Shown here: positions 34,108-52,966 of the stretch, piece after piece
Layout of the letters: each line of letters starts with the position of its first letter
Position numbering within the stretch: the first letter of the stretch is position 1
DNA from: the human T2T-CHM13v2.0 reference genome, Homo sapiens
Strand: one strand, 5' to 3'
Length of the DNA stretch: 64,000 nucleotides
NCBI RefSeq assembly: GCF_009914755.1
Contig: NC_060936.1
Position numbers and translations under genes: made by a program
Notes under the pieces: generated by a model
The model's input: the letters and a program-made list of their open reading frames with translations, nothing else
The model's database searches: none
Told to the model about the DNA's origin: nothing

Positions 34108-35167
34108 CGGAGGTGGAGTCAAGATGGCCGAATTAGGAACAGCTCCAGTCTACAGCTCCCAGCATGAGTGATGCAGAAGATGGGTGATTTCTGCATTTCC
34201 AACTGAGGTACCGGGTTCATCTCACTGGGGAGTGCTGGAGAGTGGGTGCAGGACAGTGGGTGCAGTGCACCATATGTGAGCTGAAGCAGGGCAAGGCATC
34301 ACCTCACCCGGCAAACACAAGGGGTCAGGGAATTCCCTTGCCTAGTCAAAGAAAGGGGTGACAGACAGCACCTGGAAAATTGGATCACTCCCACCCTAAT
34401 ACTGCGCTTTTCCAACGGGCTTAACAAATGGCACACCAGGAGATTATATCCCGCACCTGGCTTGGAGGGTCCTACACCCACGGAGCCTCGCTCATTGCTA
34501 GCACAGCAGTCTAAGATCAAACTGCAAGGTGGCAGTGAGGCTGGGGGAGGGGCGCCCGCCGTTGCCGAGACTTGAGTAGGTAAACAAAGCAGCAGGGAAG
34601 CTTGAGTAGGTAAACAAAGCAGCCAGGAAGCTCGAACTGGGTGGAGCCCACCACAGCTCAAGGAGGCCTGCCTGCCTCTGTAGGCTCTGCCTCTGGGAGC
34701 AGGGCACAGACAAACAAAAGGCAGCAGTAACCACTGCAGACTTAAATGTCCCTGTCTGACAGCTTTGAAGAGAGTAGTGGTTCTCCCAGCACGCAGCTTG
34801 AGATCTGAGAACGGGCAGACTGCCTTCTCAAGTGGGTCCCTGACCCCTGAGTAGCCTAACCGGGAGGCACCCCCCAGTAGGGGCAGACTTACACCTCACA
34901 CGGCTGGGTACTCCTCTGAGACAAAACTTCCAGAGGAACGATCAGGCAGCAGCATTTGCAGTTCACCAATATCCGCTGTTCTGCAGCCACCACTGCTGAT
35001 ACCCAGGCAAACAGAGTCTGGAGTGGATCTCCAGCAAACTCCAACAGACCTGCAGCTGAGGGTCCTGTCCGTTAGAAGGAAAACTAACAAACAGAAAGGA
35101 CATCTGCACCAAAAACCCATCTGTACGTCACCATCATCAAAGACCAAAGGTAGATAAAACCACAAAG
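34108..35167 (+). promoter_or_regulatory. L1 5'UTR internal sense/antisense promoter
   Basis: Intact YY1 motif AAGATGGCC (34121-34129); SOX-type AAACAAA sites (duplicated in 34571-34630, and at about 34712); antisense ORF0-homologous frame. Confidence 0.75.
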
Positions 35168-36184
35168 ATGGGGAAAAAACGGAGCAGAAAAACTGGAAAC
35201 TCTAAAAATCAGAGCACCTCTCCTCCTCCAAAGGAACACAGCTCCTCACCAGCAATGGAACAAAGCTGGATGGAGAATGACTTTGCTGAGTTGAGAGAAG
35301 AAGGCTTCAGAAGATCAAACTACTTCAAGCTAAAGGAGGAAGTTCAAACCAATGGCAAAGAAGTTTAAAACCTTGAAAAAAAATTAGACGAATGGCTAAC
35401 TAGAATAACCAATGCAGAGAAGTCCTTAAAGGACCTGATGGAGCTGAAAACCAGGGCACGAGAACTACGTGATGAATGCACAAGCCTCAGTAGCCGATGA
35501 GATCAACTGGAAGAAAGGGTATCAGTGACGGAAGATGAAATGAATGAAATTAAGTAAGAAGACAGGTTTAGAGAAAAAAGAATAAAAAGAAATGAACAAA
35601 GCCTCCAAGAAATATGGGACTATATGAAAAGACCAAATCTATGTCTGATTGGTGTACCTGAAAGTGACGGGGAGAATGGAACCAAGTTGGAAAACACTCT
35701 GCAGGATATTATCCAGGAGAATTTCCCCAATCTGGCAAGGCAGGCCTACATTCAAATTCGGGAAATACAGAGAATGCCACAAAGATACTCCTTGAGAAGA
35801 GCAACTCCAAGACACATAATTATCAGATTCACCAAAGTTGAAATGAAGGAAAAAATGTTAAGGGCAGCCAGAGAGAAAGGTCGAGTCACCCACAAAGGGA
35901 AGCCCATCAGACTAACAGCTGATCTCTCGGCAGAAACTCTACAAGCCAGAAGAGAGTGGGGGCCAATATTCAACATTCTTAAAGAAAAGAATTTTCAATC
36001 CAGAATTTCATATCCAGCCAAACTAAGCTTCATAAGTGAAGGAGAAATAAAACCCTTTACAGACAAGCAAATGCTGAGCGATTTTGTCACCACCAGGCCT
36101 GCCCTAAAAGAGCTCCTGAGGAAAGCACTAAACATGGAAAGGAACAACCGGTACCAGCCACTGCAAAAACATGCCAAATTGTAA
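35168..36184 (+). pseudogene. L1 ORF1p (RNA-binding/chaperone), disrupted
   Basis: MGKKRSRKTGNSKNQS...PLQKHAKL*; in-frame stops at 35366-35368 and again near 35498 and 35555. Confidence 0.93.
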
Positions 36185-36247
36185 AGACCTTCAAGGCTAG
36201 GAAGAAACTGCATCAACTAACGAGCAAAATAACCAGCTAACATCATA

Positions 36248-40071
<3,824 letters not shown>

Positions 40072-41172
40072 ATAATGAGAACACATGGACACAGGAAGGG
40101 GAACATCACACATTGGGGACTGTTGTGGGGTGGGGGAAGGGGGGAGGGATAGCATTAGGAGATATACCTAATGCTAAATGACGAGTTAATGGGTGCAGCA
40201 CATCAACATGGCACATGTATACATATGTAACAAACCTGCACGTTGTGCACATATACCCTAAAACTTAAAGTATAATAATAATAAAATTAAAAAAATAAAT
40301 CTCACGTTGAAATCTATGTGAAGTAAACTGAGGTGCTCGCTGTTTGAAAAGAAAAAAAAAAGAATTTATTATATTAAAAAAAGACCTCTAAACAATTGCT
40401 TTTCAGTAGTTTCACCAATTTTTAGCACTGTGGGGGAACATAAAAAGAAACAAATCACTAAGCAAATGTAATCAATAAAAATAAATGAATTAAGTTATAT
40501 TATACCTCTGTTCAAAAGCCTCTGGTATCTCCCCATACCTTTTGGACATCAGCTTTCAAACCCATCCACAATCTGACTCTAATTCTAACACTTTAATTTA
40601 TTGATTGATTATTTGGCTGATTCTTTTCACAAAAACTATATTTGCCAGCTACTTTCCTATTTTCTCTTGTACTTGGAGCTTCCATAACCTTTGATGCAAT
40701 TTAAACATGCTCTATACATTGCTGCCTTCCTGCCCATAGGGATTCTCATAAATCAAATTTCATTTATTCAACATCTACTATATATTAAGGAACACTCAGG
40801 AACCAATTTTTTTCTCAAATATTCTAACTCATCTTTCTTCCATCTGAAATAGTTCAGTTTTCTACTATTCAGTCTAAATAGACTATAAACTGTGAGAATT
40901 TCAGTTACCAGCTTTGGAATTAAGGTTGACTGAGGAGTTCTGATGATGACAACTGTCCCAGGTTGAGGATGGAGTTATTCATCTGACCTTGCTGCCTGCA
41001 TGGTAACCCCTTTCCATCTTGTTGGCCTAGACATGTGCTTAACTTGGGAAAATTTACAACTGAATTTAAGTGTAATAGAGTGGTTAATTCCCATCCTGAG
41101 GTAAAACATTATGGCCCTGGAGGATCTTAATTTTGATTGTAGTATTTTCAAATCTGTTTATAATCATCCTAA

Positions 41173-41711
<539 letters not shown>

Positions 41712-41878
41712 TGAACCTGTCTTCTAATAGTTTCCTTCCTGTCTGTTGGCTTGTGCAGTGTCTTCAGCCTCTATTGTGTTCCCTGTTCTTTTTATTCATT
41801 AAAATGCCACTAAATCTTACAGATTTGGCTCAAGACCCATTTATGTCATTATTGCTAATTAAATTGGGTCTAAATTGA

Positions 41879-42118
<240 letters not shown>

Positions 42119-42139
42119 TAGGAAAGGCTAGATTTTCTT

Positions 42140-42530
42140 ACCAGATAGGAAAGGCTAGATTATACTGTGGCAACAAACAGTCCAAATCTCAGTCACTTAA
42201 CACAAAAGTTTATATCTTTGTTTGATTTCATGTTCAACATGGGTTGGCAGTGGGGATAGCTCAGTGAAGTGACCTGAGGAGTCAGGGTGAAGGAGACTAT
42301 TTTGACATGTGCTTCCATGATCACAGAAGCAGGGACCGTGCCACACTGACGCTTAAACCTTCTGCTTGGAAGTAATGCACTTTCTTTGTACCCATATGAG
42401 TACATATTCCATATTCCCAAACAAGTCACATGTCCATGCTTAACTTCAAAGAGGGACAGGAAGTACCCACCATGTACCCTGCACGGAGAGAGCCAGAAAG
42501 ATTTGGTGAATAATAATGAGATGTATCTTT
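42140..42530 (-). mobile_element. Old MaLR LTR (MLT1K/L-like)
   Basis: GGCTAGATTATACTGTGGCAACAAAC..AAATCTCAGT..CTTAACACAAAAG. Confidence 0.65.
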
Positions 42531-43973
42531 CACAGCACTTACAGCGCTACACATAAAACAAATTCCCAATGAACAGATGCTTGTTGAATGAATATTGGTT
42601 TGCCTAGGAATGGAATTAGAGCCCACAGTGAACTACTCAAATAGCTGCTCTATTTGAGTAAGTTTACAATACCATAAAGGGTTTCATATTGATGGGTAGA
42701 TGGAAAGTTGTTATTACGTTTATTTAGTAGGTTGTTCAGAGCTAATGTGAAACGTTGCAACTGTGCCACAGAAGCATTGCATTTTAATGTGGGGAGGGTA
42801 CTAATAGGTCATCGAGTCCTTGGTCTTATCTAGCCCTCCTCCATGTTTTCCTAAAGTGGTTATTCAGCCTCTGCTCTAGCACCTGTTACTAAATAGACTA
42901 AAAGTTCAGCAAGAATTTCTTACTGAAATAATTAGACTACAGTAGAGTCTTCTATGTAGGTTTGTGATTTACATATTTATACTTCTCTGTTTTGCTTTTA
43001 GAGTGCTTTCAATTTGGCTCTGCTCATAAATCTTGCCATCGTGCCACCACCTGGTAGCATGAAGGACATTATTAGGAAAATGAAAAGCAATTGATGCGTC
43101 CTACTCAAACCTGTGGGTGAATTGTTGCTTTAATGTGGTTGTTCTGTTTTATGCCTAGGCTTTGTCCTACCTTGGTGAATACTGAGGCATAATGCTGCAA
43201 TTTAGTCAGGAGAGCACCAGGTGGTACATAATGTCATCACTGAAGATGCCGTTACTATGGCATCCGGAACCCTATTCCAGCCTTATGCTTTCACCATCTT
43301 TCTCTGTTTTCACAGAGGGACAGAAGCTGCTGCAAACCATATTTTAATATTTTAAGCGTAGCTAGAAGGTTTTGTTCTTTGTCAGGATAGGTGTTCTTTT
43401 CCATCATTCTTTCTTGTCAAGCAGTCTCACCGTGCATAATCCTCAGCTTCCTTTGGTGTCGATAGAATATTTTAAAGTATTACCATTGTAATCTGACAGT
43501 TGAACCAGAGAAAGAGAACGAACCTCTGGGAAACATACTAGCGAATAGAAAGTTGACAGCCTTCTGTGCACTGTGGAGTCTTGCTGGTAAATTAAATGAT
43601 CGTCCTTGTTTCTAACAACCTTAAAATATATAGATTGTTTATTTGGTTCTCCAGACACTAATCTTCCATATGGTAAATCTTTAAGGAGAACTTTGAATAC
43701 AACAAAGGTTTATGATGTTAATGTTCCTCTTCATTAATCCTAACAAACTTTACGGCGATAACTCAGTGATAAAGTGGGATATTTTGGTATGACCTTTAAG
43801 AAAGAGAAAATGGAAATCTGAATCTCACAATCAGCATTTCCCAAAGTCTGTTTTGCAGGATGTTATTAAATGCTATGCAACAAATGATTTCATTGAAAAA
43901 TGCTGAGTTAAAGTAAATTATGCAGATTTACTTACTATAAAAATTCACAGGAATATATTAATGCACAGTGTGA

Positions 43974-44287
<314 letters not shown>

Positions 44288-45360
44288 TCATTTTTCATTC
44301 CTGTTTCACCATGAAAAACTTTTTTCTTTTTTTTTTTTAAGAGTAATTTAATGGTTTCCTACTCCCCCAAACAAATTTTAGGAAGACCTGCCCTAAATTC
44401 ATCTGTTATACCTAAGTAAAGCATTTCTCACTTAATTAAGCAATGTGTATACAACCAGATAACAATGGATTAACATGCTATGGCATATTCTTCTGTGACA
44501 GATTATTGAACAGACTCACTGATTTAGCTGCATGTGCCAGGAGATTACTAGAAACTTGGACCTCTTGTGATGTGAGGGCAACTGAGCAAGCTCCATTGTG
44601 AAGACACTATCCCCTCATGAATATGAAATGTAGGTACTGACCAGTTGTGTGCTTAACATGGTGGGATACAGTCTTGTCCTTAGTTTGCTCATATTCTCAT
44701 TGGAAAGGGCAGTTTTACACATATGAAAAGTGAAATATCAACATAATTAAAGATTGAATTGAATTCTAAATGTGTTCCGCAGGCAAAAGTCTGTCAGACT
44801 TCAGAAAAGGGAGAGATTAGTGGATTGGTTAGAAGGCTTCAGTAGTAGGTGAAATTTGGATTAACTTTGAAGAATTGCTTAAGATTTCCAGAGGCTGAAT
44901 TGGACTATGAACTCAGTAGTTCTCTCTCCTCTGCCCCCAAATCCCTCTCCCCGATTATCTTAGTGATGACTTGAGACATGATATATTGAATTATAGAGTA
45001 TGCCATCAGATAATCCAGACATTCCCATACTGTCCCACTCATCTCTTGTAATCTAACAAAATATTTGCTCCATCTAAAAATGGCATATTCACTAATTCCT
45101 GAAAAGAATGAAGAAAAAGGCAGAAAAATAGTGTAGGGGAAAAAGTTTAAAGCAGTTTTGCTGCTTCTTTGAAGGTAATCCTTTGTAGGTTTCTATATTT
45201 CAACTACAGCATAACAAAAATTGGTACTATTTCAAGCCATATGGATTTATAAAATCTTTTGCTATTTCTTTATTACACAATTAATTCATTGTTCATTATA
45301 CAAAAAATGGAAAATAAAAATAACATAATTAAAAAATGAAACAAAAATGTAAAAATTTTA

Positions 45361-45540
<180 letters not shown>

Positions 45541-45785
45541 TTATACATATAATTATAAATTATTCCATGTATTTGGATATATAGCCATATCAACCTATAT
45601 ATGGAAAGCTATATAATATATATGAAATATATATATCTATATTTGATCTGTATGTATTTAAAAAAATGGGATTGTTGTGTTTATGCTGTACTGAAACCTC
45701 ATTTTTTTATACAACAGTATTAGTCTACTTTAATATGTATCTATTTTTTATCCATGATTTGTTGAGCCCATCCCCTATTGTTAGA

Positions 45786-46088
45786 TTTTTATTATTTTAT
45801 TTTTCTTAGATGGAGTCTTGCTCTTTTGCCTAGAGTGGAGTACAGTGGTGTAATCTTGGCTCACTGCAACCTCCACCCCCTGGGTTCAAGCAATTCTCCT
45901 GCCTCGGCCTCCTGAGGAGTGGGGATTACAGGCATCTGCCACCATGCCCGGCTAATTTTTGTATTTTTAGTAGAAACAGCCTTTCCCCATGTTGGCCAGG
46001 CTGGTCTCGGACTCCTGACCTCAGGTGATCCAACTGCCTCAGCCTCCCAAAGTGCTAGGATTACGGGTGTGAGCCACCGTGCCTGGCC
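45786..46088 (-). mobile_element. AluS
   Basis: TSD CTATTGTTAGATTTTT. Confidence 0.95.
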
Positions 46089-46641
46089 TATTGTTAGATT
46101 TTTAGATTGTTTATTTTATAGATTTGACAAATGCATATTTTTGAATAAGTAATTCAAACAATGGAATTATAACTGAGTTCTTAAAATGAAAATCATCCAA
46201 GATATAAAAAGCATTATCGTTATTATTTTTGTTGCTAACCAGTCTTGGTGCTATGATATGACAGACCAGCAGTCAAGACACTGTGACACACTAAGAGTTT
46301 CCCAAGTTATGTCGACTCATTTCTCAAGTGTGTTTTATAGTAAAAACAAGCAATACCCAAACTGAATCAGGATTATTTTATTTTCAGTCTAGTTTAGAAA
46401 AAGCAGTATTTCTTTATCTTTCATTTATTTATGTGGAGGGAGTAAAACTCCTTTTGGAAACCAACGATTGACACTTTATCCTCTTTGGGCACTTAAAATA
46501 TTCTGATTGCACCTGTGTCTCAGTTACTGGCATGGAATCAGTCATATGCAGGGAAACTTTGATGTTTTTGTTATTATTTTTAAGCTCCCCCTGTGCCAGA
46601 GAGAGAGAGAGACAGGAAGAAAGTACAATACACCGATATAA

Positions 46642-46822
46642 CAGCGGTTCTCAACTCTTGGTGCACATTAAAAACATCTGGAAACTTTAACAAATACTCT
46701 TACTCAGGCTCCTTAGGAGAAGCTGATTTAATTGGTCAGAGGTGGATTCTAGGCATCAACATTTTAAAGACTTTCCAGGTTTCCAGGTGATTTTAATGAA
46801 CAAACAGTTTGAGGACCACTAC
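46642..46822. mobile_element. MER5A/B (hAT-Charlie MITE)
   Basis: CAGCGGTTCTCAA ... TTTGAGGACCACT terminal inverted repeats; CCAGGTGATT. Confidence 0.75.
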
Positions 46823-47764
46823 TGTAGAGAAACCAGTTATATATATAGAGAGACACTAGAAATGACTTTTAATTTTCCCTCAGTAGTAAGAAAGAAGCAA
46901 TTTCAGAACAAATAGAATAACATAATGTTTTGCTTTACAATCTAAGGAGTAAATCCATAGAATGCACCATTCAGAAAGGTGGTGCAGGGAGAAAACAGAA
47001 TAGGTTCCATGGGGTACAGACAAAATGATGTGTTATAGATTGTTTGGAAGGAAGTTGGGGTTATTTAGAATGCATGTTTAGCCTTTGGGTTTGAAATCGC
47101 GAAAACGATTACATTTTTCTCTTCCAAATGTCCTTTTGATTCAGAGTTACACACAATATCAAGCGGAGAGAATCACTAATTTTAGTCGTATGGAAACTTA
47201 TAATATTGCGTATCCTTTGCGGTCTTATCACAGGATTCTTGAGTTGAAAAGAGCCTCTGGAGTAATGGAATTCATGCTTCTCTTATACTTTTTTCCCCCA
47301 ACTTAAAAATTATGGAAAAATTTACATAACATAAAATGTGTCATCTTAACCATTTAAAACTCCATGTATGCTTTTGAATTCCTGCTATGACATCCACAGT
47401 AAATAGTATATATCTTTTGTTTACACTTCTAGTGACAGGGAAATCATTACCTCACATTTAAGGAACATCTCTAGTTGTTAGAAAATTCTTTCTCTATTCA
47501 TAAAAATGTGATGTCTTATAATGTCCACCCCTTCTTTCTCTGTAGCTATCTGAAGAGAAAAAATATTTGTAGAGGTAATTGCTCCAAGTAAATCAAATAA
47601 AGGAATTAGCGATTCTTTTCTGTGTAGATGAAAAGTATAAACACAGTAAAATTACAAAACACTGTAAACTTTCTTGTGAAAACTTTCATGTGAAATGAGG
47701 TATTCTAATTAATCATATTTTAAGTTAATTCTAATTAATCATATTTTAAGTTAATCAGAGTATA

Positions 47765-48110
47765 CAGTTGTCCGTTGGTATCTGAAAGGGATTGGTTTCG
47801 GAACCTCCCATGGACACCAAAATCCATGGATGCTCGAGGCCCTGATGTAAAATAGGCCTTGCATATTTGCATAAACCTCTGCACATTCTCCGTATACTTT
47901 AAATCATCTCTAGATTACTTATAATATCTAATCCAATATAAATGCTTTGTAAATAGTTGTTATATTGTATCATTTAGGGAATAATGACAAGGAAAAAAGC
48001 CTGTACATGTTATAGTACAGATGCAACCATCCATTTTTTTTTCGAAGTATTTTCCACCTGAGCTTGGTTGAATCATGGATGCAGAACCCATGGCTATGGA
48101 AGGCTGACTA
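47765..48110. mobile_element. MER2 (TcMar-Tigger)
   Basis: TA-CAGTTGTCC..GGTATC; CTTTAAATCATCTCTAGATTACTTATAAT; GGATGCAGAACCC. Confidence 0.85.
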
Positions 48111-48559
48111 TAATTCAACTTAGTAAATCATGAGTGCCTCTGAGGTACAGAAATATAAAGAAATGTGAAACAACGACAAATAAGTGAATTTTTAGTTGTT
48201 TGAACTATTTTCAAACTAGAGCAAGCTCTCTTAATCAGAGAACTAGCATTTATACTTGAATTTCTCAGATCAATATATTTACCAGTGCCTTAGGCAAAAA
48301 TACAAAAAGCACATTTATCAAATGTACAGATAACATAAATCTGGGGATAGGATGAGAATGTGGGCAAATGCTGATTGCAGTGCTGTAATGTGCCTAAATG
48401 GAGCCTAAGATGAAAGGAAAAATGTGTGCTCCAAATTTTTGGTAAAATTTGGAAGATATTTTATGAAAATATCTTCCCATATTATAAACCAAATGGAAAA
48501 CGAAAATCTTGACAATAAATGCCATGACTACATATAAAACTTCACTTTGTCCAGTATGT

Positions 48560-48867
48560 TTGCATGTCATTGCCAGCCCTCATAAACACACTGGGACAGG
48601 GGCAGGGAGCCTCGATGGCCCCTGGGAACTGTAGGTGGCTTGGAAACTATTCCCGCTGCACAATAGTGCTGGCTCATAAAGTAAACAAATGAACAAGAAT
48701 AGTCTACTTTCGCTTAAAATTTTGATGTTTTATTTAACGTAGATTTTTGGCATTGATTTTGAGTTTTTAAAAGATTGCCTTCAAATATTAGTTGTCTTGA
48801 TTCCTGAGAGCTTAAATTTTGTGCTTGAGGTGAGTGCCTTACTTGCCTCACCCTAATCCCAGCCCTG
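48560..48867. mobile_element. MER96B-like hAT element
   Basis: Ends TTAAATTTTGTGC..GAGG.GAGTGCC..ACT.GCCTCACCCTA.TCCCAGCCCTG. Confidence 0.55.
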
Positions 48868-48924
48868 GGATATTACATTGAATAATGATTCATTTAAATA
48901 TTAGTCAGCTACTATGAATGAAAG

Positions 48925-49330
48925 TAGACTAACAAGATGAAATTTCTTTGGGATAAAAGTAAATATAAACATTTAGCAAACTGACTTAATACATTCGGGT
49001 TTGGGAATTTATGGTTTAGCATCAGTTCATGTGAAAAGGATTTAGGAGCTTCAGTTGACTGTAGGCTCACTGTGTGCTACCAGTGTCACATAGTTATTTA
49101 AACACTAATGAAATTTATTCTGCAAAGAATAAGAAATTACAAGGCAACTTTATTCTTCACTGATCACGCCATTGGAGAACTTGTAGGTTCTGATTTAAAG
49201 GCAGACTTTGACTAAGTAAGGCATGTTCCAGGGACTAACATGAGGGAATCTGGAAATTATGTCATATGAGGAATAGGAGGAAAGGGAAACATTAATTCTG
49301 GGAAGAGAAGCTTAAAAGAAGAGAAGAGGA
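48925..49330 (+). mobile_element. L3/CR1 fragment
   Basis: AACAAGATGAAATTT..GGGATAAA; CAGTTCATGTGAAAAGGATTTAGG motifs. Confidence 0.6.
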
Positions 49331-49688
49331 TATAGATGTGTAACCTCCATGACAGTTATAGTTCAAATAGAGGTTGAGTTATGTGGAGGAAAGTTGTGCT
49401 TTGGCTGAGAGGGTGAATTAGATAATTTCTAATTTTTTTTTTCCATTTTAATGATTCTATTACTCTGTGCCAAAAAATTATTTAGTGATCCACTTTGGAA
49501 TGAACATCCTTTTATCTGCTTTGATCTTGGAGGTTCATTTACTGACCCACCTACCCATTCCTGCTCTCCTACTCAATTAAGATGGATTAAAACTAGAATA
49601 ATTTCATTTGCAATGAAAGCTATTAGTCTGAGCAGATTGTCTCCATGATAATCTAATTGCATAGGTGCAAATGACTTTGCATAAATGA

Positions 49689-50006
<318 letters not shown>

Positions 50007-50398
50007 TGACAGACCATTTCCTATCATTTTTTGTGCAGAGTATAAACAGTAGCATTTTAGATGAAACTTCAGTATTAGGTTTTTAACTTTGATTATATTC
50101 TTCTTAGCAAGGAAAGGGCAAGTTGTAATTTTACCTTCTAGAGAAATATAAGTAAGAAAGCACGGTCAGTAAAGTATCATTTATCTATTTAAAATAAGCA
50201 TACTTCTTTATTTAGTTCAGTGACAAAATGATAGATGATATATATGTACATCAGGTACTGAGATAATAAAAAGCTCCAAGAAGCTGAAGTATTACATACT
50301 TAAGTAATGGTATTTCATGGGATTAAGCCCTTTCCAAAATTAACATCTCCTTTCATCTACATTTATTTCCAAGCTATCTCCTCTGATAGCTTACTGTA

Positions 50399-50716
<318 letters not shown>

Positions 50717-50997
50717 TAAAATAATTTACTTTTCTCATATTACATAAAGTAATTAAAGTATTTAATAAATCCTGAAAATTTCCCTTAGAAAGGCAAAAAC
50801 CATTCATATTGAATAATGAAAACCTTAATTACTTATGAACACTATAACTCACTTATAAGTACTATTTTTAATGGAGCGCTGATCTTATGATTTATCATCC
50901 TTCAGGCTATTGCTAATGTTTATCTCTATGTAGAATTGCAAAACTGTGAAAGACCATAAAGAGCTGAGTGTAAACTCATTACCCCTGCTTCAAAAAC

Positions 50998-51945
50998 CAT
51001 TCATTTATTCAAAAGGTATTTGTGAGGTACCCACTTTGTGCTAGACACTGTGCTTGGTGATGGCCTGAATTGTGAACAAAGTGGACAAAGTTACTCTCAT
51101 CATGAAGCTTGGGGGATAGATGATAAAAAGTTAACACATAAGTGAATAAATAATGGAATTCCAGGCATTGATAAGTGTTGTAAAAATAATGTAGGAAAGT
51201 GATAGGTCAAAGGTAATCTAATTTAGAGAAGTAGAAAGATCTTTAGACGAGGTCCCATTTCAGCAAAGACCTGAATTAGATGAGCTAAGGAAAAGTAAAA
51301 AGATCTGAGAGAGGGATGTGGTGGCCACATTCTGAGATGACACCAGTGGTCCTTGCCTCCTGGTATTTACATCCCTATGGAATTCCCTTCCACACTGCAT
51401 CAGGATTAGTTTGTGTGACTGGCAGAATACAGTGGAAGTTGTGGTGTCCACATTCTGAGGTTAGGACATAAAGAACATTGCCATTTCCCCTTTGATCTCC
51501 TGGGACATTGTCTGGGGGAAGCGAGCTGCCAAATCATGAGGACACTCAAGCAATTCTATGGAGGTGATGGAACTGAGGCCTCCTGCCAACAGCCAGTACC
51601 AACTTGCCACCTGTGTGAGTGAGGCATCTTGGAGGCTCCCCAGTCAAGCCTTCAGATGATGGCTGCCCTGGGTGCATCTTTCTGCAACCTCATCAAAGAT
51701 CCTAAGCCAGAGCACCCAGCTAATCCCCTCCCGAAATTCTGACCAACGGGAACTTGGGGATAATAAAAGTTTATTTTTTAAATAATAAAGTTTTGGGATA
51801 TGTTGTTATGCAGAAATACGTAACTAATAAAAGGAGAAATCTCAAGAGTAAAATATTTCAGAGAAGAACAAGCTTGGCATGTCTGAGGCATGACAAAAAA
51901 AGGCAGAGTGGCTGGATATTTGTTGGGAGGGTGAGAGTGGCTGGA
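50998..51945 (-). mobile_element. L2 fragment interrupted by an MLT1 LTR
   Basis: CATTCATTTATTCAA..TACCCACTTTGTGCTAGACACTGTGCT; resumes after 51830. Confidence 0.65.
51317..51829 (+). mobile_element. MLT1F/E-like solo LTR
   Basis: TGTGG..GCCTCCTGGTATT..; GAACTGAGGCCTCCTGCCAACAGCCAG; TAACTAATA end. Confidence 0.8.
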
Positions 51946-52110
51946 GATTTCTATTCATGACCCGCTTTGTTAAATAATAGAGGATAACCAAAAGTTCATA
52001 AGTACTCAGCACATACTGTATGTTCACAGTTCTTTAATTTATCTTCTTGGCTTTTATAATTTATAGTAAATCGTGTATTTAAAAAAATCTTCATTAGAAA
52101 TCTATGTACA

Positions 52111-52405
<295 letters not shown>

Positions 52406-52624
52406 CTATGTACAATGTAAAATATTGTATTTTAGCTGTGGTCAGGTTACTGAACTTTTCAGCAGACACGTAATACATTTTTTCTAAAACAGGATGCTTT
52501 GGATAGATTAGCCATCCTAAAGCATGACAAAGCAACTTAAATCCTCCAAGGATTAATATTATATTGAGTGAAAAATAGATATTTAAAAGAAGGCCATGTA
52601 GTAATATTTGGTTACCACTAATGA

Positions 52625-52966
<342 letters not shown>

